NCBI GenBank assembly: GCA_035221665.1
Contig: CM069154.1
Location: 12,772,001 to 12,836,000 of the forward strand
Source of the DNA: Okamejei kenojei
Lineage: Eukaryota
Reading direction: 5' to 3'
DNA length: 64,000 nt
Positions 13,571 to 25,802 of the stretch are shown here, in pieces. The first letter of the stretch is position 1. Every line of letters begins with the position of its first letter. The translations under genes were made by a program, and so were the position numbers. The notes under the pieces were generated by a model, which was given only the letters and a program-made list of their open reading frames with translations, searched no databases and had not been told where the DNA came from.

Positions 13571-13711
13571 GGGGACAACTGTGAATTCAACCTCATCCGA
13601 GATGTGGAGCTGCAGACTATCCATGATCTCACTAAAGTGGAAGAACATTCGAGCATCGCGATCTACACATTTAATGAAACCAAATCCATCCCTCATAGCT
13701 GCAATCACACC
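13571..13711 (-). CDS. CSDE1: CSDE1 coding exon (cold-shock domain)
   Basis: [47 protein letters not shown]; tatag|...CCC|gtaagt; 141 nt. Confidence 0.96.
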
Positions 13712-14001
13712 CTATAGAAACAAGAGAACCTGTAACTCTTCAGGGAAGGAGAATACACAACTTTGGAAATTTTAATGTGGAAGTATCTCCATTGATATTT
13801 AACTCTCCTTAGCATAGTCTTTAGTCACAGCAGAAAATCTAAATAGTGATCTTAACTTGTGCTCCCAACTGTTATCTCACTATCTGCTACTTTGCTTCCC
13901 CTTATAAAACCATAGTGACTGTTAAAGTCACTAATATCTTGTAGTATCCTAACAGTACATTGGATATATTAAGAGGAGCGGTTTAAAATATAAAAACCTA
14001 C

Positions 14002-14214
14002 CAGTTCTCTGGATTCTTCAGTTACGTCAAAAGAATCAGTCAGGATTTCAATGTTTGTAGCACGCTCTAATTTGTCACGTCGATCAGTGGAGATATTAAA
14101 CCTGACATGGTCACCTTCTAATAAAGTCACTTTAGATCTGGTGTCCTTATCTCCAAAGGGAAGTTCTTTGGAAATGGCGAAGTTTACTTTGATACGTCCT
14201 GGCAAAGGATCAGT
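14002..14214 (-). CDS. CSDE1: CSDE1 coding exon
   Basis: TDPLPGRIKVNFAISKELPFGDKDTRSKVTLLEGDHVRFNISTDRRDKLERATNIEILTDSFDVTEESREL; tttag|...CTG|gtaggt; 213 nt. Confidence 0.96.
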
Positions 14215-15092
14215 CTAAAAAAAGTAACAACTATTTCAGTAGGTAAAGTAATAGCATGCAAAGATTAATAATTCAGAAAAATATTGTTGAAACAGTAAAC
14301 CCAAATTAAAAATAAATGCATTTTGTAATTTTTTCAGAAACATTTTTGTAGGGAAGAATCTTATCACAGTGGCTAGTATTGTTTATGGATTAATAAACTG
14401 TAAAATGATTACATGTAATGGAATAGAGTGCATTTATTGCTCATTTGCTTGAACTGGTTTGGTCAATTTTCAAAGATGTTGACATTTACTGTCACATTAG
14501 CGGACAAACCATACAGGTCAAACCACTCGTGGTATTTAGCATTGAAATCACTTGTGTCCAGTGAAAATGCTTTATTGTAACCCCTGCCTCACTGCTATCA
14601 CTGACAATAGACATTTCTTGATTAGAACGGGTGTTAAGGGTTATGGGGAGAAGGCAGGAAAATGGAATTAGGAGGCAGAGATCAGACATGATTGAATAAC
14701 AGAACAGACGAGATGGGCTGAATGGCCTATTTCTACTATAACTTGTGACATTAATTCACAATGAATTCTATGTCTCAGTCATAAATGTATGTGGCTTGAT
14801 ATGTGGACGATTATTCTTTTTAAAAAGAGTGGCAGGTGCCTGGAACACGCTGCAAAAAAAAGCAGATACAAAAGTTTTTGTTTAAGAGACATTTAGACAG
14901 GGAATGCAGGGAAGTGCATCACATGCAGGCAGACGGGATTAAATTTGGCATCATGTTTGGTACAGATATTGTGGATTGAGGGACCTGTTTCTGTGCTGTA
15001 CTGCTCTGTGTTCTATGACTTGCATTTGGGCATTATGCATGTGTACTTAAAATTATCTCTTATATGTTCCTGTCTTTCCCATTTGTATTTTT

Positions 15093-17901
15093 AGAAACAT
15101 AGACATAGAAACATAGAAAATAGGTGCAGGAGGAGGCCATTCGGCCCTTTGAGCCAGCACCACCATTCATTGTGATCATGGCTGATCGACCCCTATCAAT
15201 AACCCGTGCCTGCCTTCTCCACCAGCCCCTAGAGCTCTATCTAACCCTCTCTTAAATCCATTCAGTGACTTGGCCTCCACTGCCGTCTGTGGCAGGGAAT
15301 TCCATAAATTCACAACTCTCTGGGTGAAAACATTTTTTCTCACCTCAGTCCTAAATGACCTCGCCCCTTATTCTAAGACTGTGGCTGCTGGTTCTGTACT
15401 TGTCCAACATTGGGAACATTTTTCCTGCATCTAGCTTGTCCAGTCCTTTTATAATTTTATGTTTCTATAAGATCCCCCCTCATCCTAACTCCAGTGAATA
15501 CAAGCATAGTCTTTTCAATCTTTTCTCATATGACAGTCCCTCCATCCCAGGGATCAATCTCGTGAACCTATGCTACACTGCCTCAATCACAAGGATGTCC
15601 TTCTCAAATTAGGAGGCCAAAACTGTACACAATATTCCAGATGTGGTCTCACCAGAGCCCTATACAACTGCGGAAGAATCTCTTTACTCCTATACTGAAA
15701 TCCTCTTGTTATGAAGGCCAACATTCCATTAGCTTTCTTCACTGCCTGCTGTGCCTGTAAGCCAATTTTCAGCCCTTTGAGGTCTCGCTGCACCTCCCCC
15801 TTACCTAACCTAACCCCATTGAGATAATAATCTGCTTCCTTGTTTTTGCCGCCAAAGTGGATAACCTCACATTTATCTATATTATACTGCATCTGTCCAC
15901 TCACTCAACCTGTCCAGGTCACCTTGCAACCTCCTAACATCCTCTTCACAGTTCACTCTGCCACCCAGCTTTGTGTCATCCGCAAACTTGCTGGTGTTGC
16001 TCCTAATTCCCTCTTCCAAATCATTAATATATATATATATATGGTAAATAGTTGCCGCCCCGAGCCTTGCGGCATTCCACTCGCCACTGCCTGCCATTCT
16101 GAAAAGGACCCGTTCACTCCTACTCTTTGCTTCCGGTCTGCCAATCAATTTTCTATCCATGTCAACACCCTACCCCCAATACCATGTGCTCTAATTTTAG
16201 TCACCAGTCTCCTGTGCAGGACCTTATCAAAGGCTTTCTGAAAGTCTAGATACACTACATCCACTGGCACCCCTTCATCCATTTTACTTGTCACATCCTC
16301 AAAAAATTCCAGAAGATTAGTCAAGCATGATTTTCATAAATCCATGTTGACTTGGACTAATCCTTTTAATGCTATCCAAATGCCCTATTATTACCTCTTT
16401 AATAATTGACTCCAGCATCTTTCCCACCACCGAAGTCAGGCTAACTGGTCTGTAATTCCCAGTTCACTCTCGCTCCTTTCTTGAAAAGTGGGATAACATT
16501 AGCTATCCTCCAATCCACAGGATCTGATCCTGAATCTATTGAACATTGGAAAATGATCACCAATGCGTCCACTATTTCTAAAGCCACCTCCCTGAGGACC
16601 CTGGGATGCAGACCATCAGGCCCAGGGGATTTATCATCCTTCAGTCCCATTAGCCTACGCAATACTATTTCTGGCCTAATGAAAATTTCAGTTCCTCTAC
16701 CCCCTTAGATCCTCTGTCCTCCAGTACATCTGGGCGATTGTTTGTGTCTTCCTTAGTGAAGACAGATCCGAAGTACCTATTCAACTCTTCTGCCATTTCC
16801 TTGTTGCCCATAATAATTTCACCCGTGTCTGCCTTCAAGGGACCCACATTTGACTTTGCTACTCTTTTTCCCTTAACATATCTAAAGAAGCTTTTACTGT
16901 CCTTCTTTATATTCCTGGCCAGCTTCCCTTCGTACTTCATCTTTACAGCCCGTGTTGCCCGTTTTGTTTCCTTCTGTTGTCCCATGAAAGTTTCCCAATC
17001 CTCTGGCTTCCGGCTACTCATTGTTGTGTTATACATCTTTTCTTTTAGTTTTATTCTATCCCTAACTTCTCTTGTCAGCCACGGTTGCCTCCTATTCCCC
17101 TTAGAATCTTTCTTCCTTTTTGGAATGAAATTATCCTGCGTCTTCCAGCTTATGCCCAGAAATTCCTGCCATTGCTGTTCCACCGTCATTCCTGCTCGGA
17201 TCCCTTTCCAGTCTACCTTGGCCAGCTCCCCTCTCATGCCTTCATAGACCCCTTTGTTCAACTGCATCACTGACACTTCCGATTTAACGTTCTCCTTCTC
17301 AAATTGCAGATTAAAACTAATATTATGATCATTACCTCCAAGCGGTTCCTTTACTTCGAGTTCTCTTATCATACATGGTTCATCTGGTCGGCTCCATTAC
17401 AAGCTGCTCTAAGAATCCATCTCGAAGGCATTCTACAAACAATGTTTCTTGGGGTCCTGAATCAACCTGATTTTCCCAGTCTACCTGCATATTGAAATCC
17501 CCCATCACCATAGTGGCATTATCTTTGTTACATGCCAGTTTTAACTCCTGCTGCAACATACACCCTACATCCGGGCTACTATTTGGGGGTCTGTAGATAA
17601 CACCAATTAGTGTCTTTTGCCTTTACAATTCCTCAACACAATCCACAGTGACTCTACCTCGTCAGTCCCTATGTTTTCCCTCGCAAGGGACTGAATTCCA
17701 TCCCTCACCAGCAGATCTACCCCACCCCTCCTCTGCCCACACGCCTGTCCTTTCTATAGGATGTATAACCCTAAATATTAAGTTTCCCCTAGGCCCGATC
17801 CTCCTGCAGCCACGTCTCAGTAATCCCCACAATGTCAAATCTACGAACCTCTAACTAAGCCTCAAGCTCATCTACTTTACTTCTTATACTATGCGCATTC
17901 A
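15093..17901 (-). mobile_element. Young 5'-truncated CR1-clade LINE (~2.8 kb, frameshifted ORF2)
   Basis: ORF pieces KSPGPDGLHPRVL, SKFADDTKLGG, LYRALVRPHLEYCVQFW; (AGAAACAT)n 3' microsatellite tail at 15093-15118. Confidence 0.93.
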
Positions 17902-18154
17902 TTTTGATTTGAGATTCTTCTCGCAGCCTTTTTGAAGCAACAGTTAATGCCATTTTTTTGTTAGAATGTTTAAACATAAAATTGTTTGCCCAATTACCAA
18001 TATTTGAAGAGTTACCAAAAAATGGTGATAGAATTATTGGACATAATATTTTCTAGAGAACACTTGTTACCTGTAACAAGTGTTCTCTGTTCTCTTCAAT
18101 CCTGTACTTAACAACTTGTATCTTCTAAAAAGAGCAAACGTGTACTACATTTAC

Positions 18155-18280
18155 CTGGGTTTTACTGGATACTTTTGGAATAATTTTTGTGACAGTTCCA
18201 TCAAACTGTTCAATACTAACATCCTCAAATATAACAGTTCCTTGGGGTAACAGTTTCACTTCAGTGGCAACTTCTTTTCC
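18155..18280 (-). CDS. CSDE1: CSDE1 coding exon
   Basis: GKEVATEVKLLPQGTVIFEDVSIEQFDGTVTKIIPKVSSKTQ; ctag|...CAG|gtaaat; 126 nt. Confidence 0.96.
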
Positions 18281-18964
18281 CTAGATAAAAACAAAAACCA
18301 GATGTGTTTTTACTAAGGTTATTTCAAATAATTATTATTTTGAGAGCATTTCAAATGTTTTTCTGAATAAGTTTTAAATCTGGGCATGTACAAAATGAGC
18401 AAAATAGTTTTGGAAAGTTTCTAACAACGAAGAGTTAGGATTAGCTTCCCACTTGCAGAAATGTACTGTGAATTTTTATATATTTCTAGATATTTACTAA
18501 AGAATTGCACATCTTAGAATCATAACACATCCCACCCCATTAAGATGGCTGTAACAGTTAGATACCTGATGTAAAGAAATCTTTCATAATTTTACAATGT
18601 GGAATCCTCATAGTTCTGAGATTAAGTACAAATTCAGTCACATCACATCTATCTGCAGTTTCACATCATGGCAGATTCAAATGTTGTACCATTGTTATAA
18701 CAATACCAAATCACTTCACGTGCTAGCAGTTAATGGAAGCATCATTTCAGGTAGGAAAGCAGATGTACTGCTCTCACCTTATTTCAGAAGGAAACAACAT
18801 GTGTTATTATAAGGGGGAGTCATGAATGTGGCCAAAATTATAATTCCAAGGATTCTGACATTGACCACCTCAATTTGGCAGAATTAGTTAACAAATCTTG
18901 AATACACAGATTGGTCACATCACCCGAGCCTTAAAAACGGAACACTACCCCAATCATTTCCCAC

Positions 18965-19054
18965 AAAAGACAAAATGTAACTCAGTGGGTCAGCGTCTCT
19001 GGAATTTTGGGTCGGGACCCTTCTTAACACAAATTCAAAAGATTGAAAAGAGAT

Positions 19055-19088
<34 letters not shown>

Positions 19089-19440
19089 GACAAGTGATGT
19101 GGATACAGGTGAGGGGGAATTTTGTCGGCAGATGGGTGGATAAAGACCAGAAATGAAAAGTCAAGGCTGTAAGGAGACAAGCGGCGTCAATTGTGAAGCT
19201 AGAGGAAGGGATATAGGTGGAATGGGACAGGGGAATAAATGGGTGTGCATCTGGCTGGTTCACAGGGAAGAGGGACAAAAAGGGGGACGGATTGTTACCT
19301 TTTGGTTGGAGATTTCAATGTAAGCTACCCAAGGGGAATGATGCCCAGCAGGCCTAGGTATACCTAAAACGTCACCTATCCATGCACTCCCTTGAAGCTT
19401 CTTGATCCGCACAGCTACTCCATACTTTGTACCTTTTTGT
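18965..19440. repeat. Degenerate Penelope-associated repeat cluster with a G30 tract
   Basis: gtaactcagtgggtcagc..gggtcgggacccttctt on one side, cctaaaacgtcacctatccatg in the opposite orientation; poly-G at 19057-19086. Confidence 0.5.
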
Positions 19441-20606
19441 TAAGCATAGGCTTAGATTGTAATTGAAAACCTCAGCTATATAGTTCAACATGACGTGTAT
19501 AAATGTAAAGATTTGAGAAAATTAGCCACAAATTGCACACATGCATTTCCAGAATTTTATAATGTCTGGAATTCACATTCAAATAAAATGAACATCCACA
19601 GTATGTCTAAAGGATGACACTTTTCATCCTCACACTAGATGTCATTATTCCCAAAAACAGATTCCTAATCCTCATGGATTATATCACCATAGGCCAATCC
19701 TTTGAGGGAGAAAAAAAGCCACCCATGGAAATTTAACATGTTCTTTGCAAATGTTTTGTAAAGATAGGTTTTATCAGCTCAGCTGGCTTCTGCCTGTGTA
19801 TATGGATCGACATACACCTTTGTACATTTCATCTTAGCCCATACATGTCAGTGTTCCTTCAGAAGAAATGTTCTCATTCAGATGTTGAAGCTATGGATTT
19901 TCCTGTCTGATAACATTGGCATTTAACTGTATATTTTTAAGGAATGGAGCTTTCTAGACAACAAAGGAGTCTTTCAAGAAAGCAGGAATATGAGATAAAG
20001 GGTAGTAATTGTACTGTATGGCAGAACAGGCTTGAGTGCAGGACAAAGAAAAGCCAAAATAGTATTGTTTCTTATAAAGGATAATGTGTGTATTAAATCC
20101 TGGTAGCCAAGCACGCACCTAGTTAATTTAACTTTGCTTGCACTTTACTCATTTGTTTCCAGAACCAGTACCTTAAAACCAGGGCCACTGACTGTGCCGA
20201 TCCTCACTGTATCCCCAGCCACTGGCAGGCCCGGGTCATCGACACGGCCCGGGCCAGTTCCAGGCCGGCAACAGCTCCAACTGCTTCATCTTGATTGACC
20301 CTCCTGGCACCTATTGTTCCGCTAGATGCCTTCAAACCGTTGACAACACCGACACTGCTGTGTCCTGCTGCCCTCTCACATCCCCATGCTAACCATGAGA
20401 CTTCTACTCCTCGCCACTCCATCCTCTGATCTGAGCCCCCATCCTCTCTCCACTTCAGAGCCTGGGTCTATCTCCAGCCCCAACCACTGTCGGTGTTTCA
20501 CCAGCCCGCCCACGTGCAACGCTGTCCTCAGCAGTTGCTTTAGTTTTTAACCCGTACGCCCGCACTTCAAATATGCCCACATTAGTTATTCTTCAACAAT
20601 GCTTAC

Positions 20607-20735
20607 ATTTCTTTCTTTGATCGTAAATTCCACATCATCGCCAGGTTGCAATGTGTCAAGATTTCCTTTGAATTCGCTATAATGGAAGAAGATCTCTTTC
20701 ACAAGGTCACCTCTTTCAATGAATCCAAATGCTTC
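20607..20735 (-). CDS. CSDE1: CSDE1 coding exon (cold-shock domain)
   Basis: EAFGFIERGDLVKEIFFHYSEFKGNLDTLQPGDDVEFTIKERN; cacag|...AAT|gtaagc; 129 nt. Confidence 0.96.
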
Positions 20736-20924
20736 CTGTGAATTTCAGTAAAGAATTAGTGTTGACACAATGTTCTTAAATTACATCCATGCATACAAGA
20801 TCCTCATGGATTAAACTTTTCTGATAAAAGTTCAGTTAAGTGCATGTTGGCTTAAAATATGCAACTATTTTGCTTCCCCAACAAAAGTACACTTGCACTG
20901 GTATAATCATTTCCCTGCTGTATT

Positions 20925-21087
20925 AAAACTTGAAAGACATTTGGACAGGTACATGATAGGAAAGGTTTAGTGGGATACGAGCAAAACTTGACTAACTTAG
21001 TCAAACAAAATGGCAACGGGCCCTTTGGCCTAACTTGATCAGCATGGACGAGCTGGGCTGAAGGGCCCATTTCCATGCTGTATGGTC
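20925..21087 (+). mobile_element. CR1 3' end fragment
   Basis: gacatttggacaggtacatgataggaaaggtttag...gggctgaagggcccatttccatgctgtat. Confidence 0.65.
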
Positions 21088-21750
21088 TAAATATTGGACG
21101 CAATGCAGAAAAGTACTCAAACCATATTAAGATACACATTTGCTTGGCCCTTTTGAAACACACCACTATATTTCCTCAGTCATGAGCAAAAAGATCGTGA
21201 TGAGTTAAAAGATAGTTTTCTGATATTAAATTTACAAACTTTTTGTCCTAAATTCCAAAGAAACTACTGCAACCAACAAAAAAGGTGATTTTTAAACATT
21301 TTAAAAGGCACCTTCAATCAAATTCTGAAAATCAGTAGCACTTTCAGGAAATCAGAGGGCATGGCAACTGAGCATGAACCATGGATTGTCGCTATGGTAA
21401 GCAATGATCCACTTCAATGGTCAGAGGCTTGAAGGGCAAAAAAAAGCCATTCCTGCTTCCTTTTCTCACAACCCAACAATTCATCTTAATTTAAACCAGC
21501 ATCTGCAGTTCCTTCTTACAAAATTCATCATGTGCATCTTTTGAAAATCTAAATCACAGATGAATCAAGCAAATGATAATTAAAAATCCATATTGTTATT
21601 TAACAGCGTAACATACCAGTAGGTTACAGTGGGAATGTGACATTTTATCTAGCCAAACCAAAAAGTGTGATTAAAAGGAAACAAAAAGACACAAATCGTA
21701 GGATATTTAAAAAAACCAGCAGAATTGTTAATATACATTTCTGTATTTGT

Positions 21751-21785
<35 letters not shown>

Positions 21786-22193
21786 ACACACACACCTCAG
21801 GGACTCAGAGCATTGAGACTGGGCAATAACAAAAAAAAAGGGACTCAAGGTACACAATCAATTATATAGATGAATGGGAGAACAGGTTTCAGCAGACAAA
21901 ATAATCCACTCCTATTTCTTATAACCAAAACCTAGAACTGTCATATTCAGGACATACAAAAGGTGCACGATATAAAACAGTAAGAATATTAAACCAATTC
22001 AATTATTTTGGCAGATTTTGTTTAAGGTTCAACTGCCCTTGAATTTTCAAATTTCTTCACTGTTTTGTCCCTGTACGTTTCGGCTTTACAAACAAATCTG
22101 TTATCTTCCTGTGAACAGAAATTTTACCAGCTTTCCATACATCAACATTATCCATCCCTTCCATGATAACAAGTGTCTAAATAGGAAACATAC

Positions 22194-22275
22194 CTTCATG
22201 GCACAAACTACACCTTGACATCGGCCCTGTTTCTTCTTCACCAGTACAATGTTGTGAGCGTTTACAGCACCAGTA
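22194..22275 (-). CDS. CSDE1: CSDE1 coding exon
   Basis: TGAVNAHNIVLVKKKQGRCQGVVCAMK; ggcag|...AAG|gtatgt; 82 nt; not in the ORF track. Confidence 0.95.
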
Positions 22276-22531
22276 CTGCCAAATACAAGATTTTGTAATT
22301 AGAGAACTCATATAAGTAATTTGAACAATTAGATTTGGCAAGAAACTGGATGGCCTACTGCTTTGCCTCACACATTCACATATAATAATATATTAACCTA
22401 AAAATTACTTCATGTACAATAAACAAATCCACAATTAACCTGCACAAATGCCAATTAAAATACAGTAAAAGCTCAGTTTTCTGGCACTTCAATGGGTAGC
22501 AGCTGAGCCAACAAAGCATCATCTGGTCAGA

Positions 22532-22629
22532 GGGTTACACAAAATGCTGGAGAAACTCAGCGGGTGCAGCAGCATCTAAGGAGCGAAGGAGATAGGCGAC
22601 GTTTCGGGTCGAGACCCTTCTTCAGACAC
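22532..22629 (-). mobile_element. Short Penelope-associated element with hammerhead-like core and 12-bp TSD
   Basis: Flanked by catctggtcaga at 22520-22531 and 22630-22641; near-identical to 1360-1450. Confidence 0.8.
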
Positions 22630-23559
22630 CATCTGGTCAGACACTGGTTTAGCCAGCTCGTCAAGTCCGCAACATAGCAAATAAGAAACAGTCTACCATG
22701 AGAAGTGAAAATTTCATAAAATCCCATTTGTCGAATTATAGTTATGCACTCAAGGTATATTAAAATTACCATACGCTTCTCAGAATGCAGTTAAAACATC
22801 ACAAAAAGCTCAGATAAGCATTCCAATAATGAAGTTACCTCACTAATTCTCTGCAGAGCAGAGCAACCCATAAAGGCATGCAAAGCAACCCAAAGTTCGT
22901 CAGCGCTTCCTGACCACTCGGTGTGAAACAATCTAACCCAGTGACTGCCAATATGCTCGAGGTTGGGTGGGGAGTCGGAGACTAATAATAGTTATAATTT
23001 AGTTATAAAGGCTTACAAGTAAAAATATACTCAGCATGTTAGCCGAGTCAGACATATGGCTCTAGCAGCACTGGGACAACACCAATTCCCTGAAGGAACT
23101 GGTCTGGAACGTCATCTGGAATTTGTTGGCAGTGGTGATGGGGGCTGGGGAGAAGTGGAATGGGTTGCATGTTGCCAAGTGCAAATAAGCAGAGTATGTT
23201 AGAAATTTTGGATACCCTGGGCAACACATACAAGGTAGTTCACACGAAAGAGCTACTTCTAGCATCAAATGAAACTGCCTACACAAGCATAATCTTCGGT
23301 TTGTTAACTAGAATGCAAATTTTGCAAAAGTACCAGCATCTGTCAGGGAATTATAAATATCTGATTAATGAAATGGTTACATTAAATCCAACTGTCAAAT
23401 GATGAGCAAGAGGATGTCTACGGAAAGAGGGACAAAAGGGCAAATATGTGTGTTGCCAGGGTATGTTGGCAGGTCCTAAATGAATATTCCTCTAAGATAT
23501 TCATCAAGGACAACTTTGGGATGATGCACCCCTCCGGGAGGAATAGGTAGATAGACTGG

Positions 23560-24780
23560 AGCAAGTCAATATTAAGTTTTAAGATGTCTTTGAACACACA
23601 GGAATGGTGATGAGATCTAATCCAGAGCCTAATGAGATCTAACCCAGACTGTTATGAAAATGCAAGAGGAGATTGCTGGGGTCCTGAATGATTTGTGCAT
23701 CTTAGTTAGACAAGGAGAGGTAACCAATTGGATCCAGAATTACCATGGAGAAGGCAGAGGGTCGTGGTGGTAGGAGAGTTATATAATTGGAATTTTGAGA
23801 ATAGTGGTGTATCATAAGATGCTAGGATCTTTGGTGTTTGTGAAATACATTAAAACTTGGACGTGAACTTGAGGTATGGATGACAGGAAAATGGGTGGTA
23901 GTTTAAAGCTACGGCAGGATAGATCAGAGAGAAGGTTGGGCAGAGCAGTGACAAATTAAAAATTTAATGTCAGCGAGTTAAAAAAAAGTGATGTTTTGAT
24001 ACAATTTAACAAAAGCCTGGTTTGGTCAAACTTTGTATTATATGTAGTTCTGGTTGCCACACCATAGGAAGAAGTAGTTGCATTAGCAGTGTGCAAAGAT
24101 TCATATGGATGTTGTCTAGATTGGAGAACTTTAGTTTTGAGAATGGATAATCTGTGGCCATTTTACCTGCAGTAAAGGAGGTCAATAGGCGAACTGACAG
24201 AAGCATGAGAGTAACTGGTAGGGTAGGCAGTCAAAATCTATGACTAGATTTTCCTAGAATCTATGACTTAGGCTCACAAAGTTTGCGCCGAACATGATGC
24301 CAAGTTAAACTATTCTCACCTGCCTTTACATGATTCATATCCCTCTAATCCCTGCACTTTCAAATGCCAATCCAAACACCTCTTGAACACCACTATCCTA
24401 TCTGCCTCGACCACCACCCAAGGCAATGTATTCCAGGCTCCCACCACTAAAAAAAACTTGCCCTACACATCTCCAATAAAGTTTCCCTCGCCTTATGGCC
24501 ATGCCCTCTAGAGTTGATCATTTCCAACCCTGGGAAAAAGGTTCTGACCGACTACCCAATCTATGCCTCATAATTTTATTTACTTCTATCGCCTTCCCTC
24601 AACCTCTACCGTTCCAGAGAAAATAATTCAAATCTATACAACCTCATCCTGTAGCTGAAACCCTCCAATCCAAACAGTATTTTGGTAAACCTTCTCTGCA
24701 CCTGCTCCAAAGATTCCACATTTTGTTTGTGTAATGGGGCAACCAGAGCTACACACAAGACTACAAATTCTTAAAAATCA
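23560..24780. mobile_element. Two old CR1 fragments in opposite orientation (+ about 23560-24240, - about 24270-24780)
   Basis: Degenerate CR1 RT and 3' UTR sequence on both strands. Confidence 0.6.
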
Positions 24781-25704
24781 CAGGTTTTTGAGTTGCAATA
24801 TGACATTACAAATAATAGTTGGGTTTTAATGGCTGGGTTATTTGTTTCCCTGAGAAAATGAAAGGAATTAAAATTGTTCACTTGGAGGTAGGATAGTTCA
24901 CCTGAAGCTGAACAGTTTCAATTTCATCAGCTCAGAAATTTAAGCAAATCTGGAATACAAAGCTAGTATCAATATTGATGACCATAGATGTGGTTGACTC
25001 TTAACTGCCCTCAACTAGCCCAACAGGTTACCAGCGCAGACAAAAAAGTGTGGATGCAAATCGTACCAGTAATGCCATAGTCCTGTGAATGAACAATGAA
25101 AACTAACCAGATCTTAGACAACAGCATGCATCACATGGCCAATCTTGGTATTCACCCAACCACAGATATCCCTTTATTCTTTTTACCTATTCTCCCTCAC
25201 TGCTACACACACTCACAGCTCAAAATAATTCTCACTTATAAGTTTGACGACAACTCAACCTGAATTGCTAAATCCGGTTCTCTCGAAAATACGTTGCTTT
25301 ATCTCCTGCGTACCTCCAGGATGTTGTGTTAATGCTTGATAAGTAGAAACAATGTGTTTAAAATTAAAGCCAGTTTGAAAGAACAAATGTCGTGGTGTGG
25401 TACAGAAAACAGGTATTTTATGTTCACAATAGAGCAAGGGAGGTTTACACAAAATCATTTTGAACATTCAATCCGTTATATGGCGGACCTTTCAATGTGA
25501 TAGTGAATCTTGTTGAGATGCTATTGGAAAGCGACACTGTTTAACAGCAAAATATCATTTAAGAGGAAGCAAGCATGTTTATGAAAACTACACACGCCAT
25601 CTGATCAGGACATTAGTTTCAGAATATAGGGCTGCAGTTTGAATTTATCAAGCAAGGGAGCCTCATTATATACAAATTCAGGAAATGAAGGAGACCATAC
25701 GTAC

Positions 25705-25802
25705 TGTTTATTGGTTTCCATGGAGAAAGAAACTTTATCTCCTGTTTCAAGTTGGACATTTCCATCAACATCTTCAGATGTATATGTCAGATAAAACACT
25801 TC
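25705..25802 (-). CDS. CSDE1: CSDE1 coding exon
   Basis: EVFYLTYTSEDVDGNVQLETGDKVSFSMETNK(H); tttag|...CA|gtacgt; 98 nt. Confidence 0.95.
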
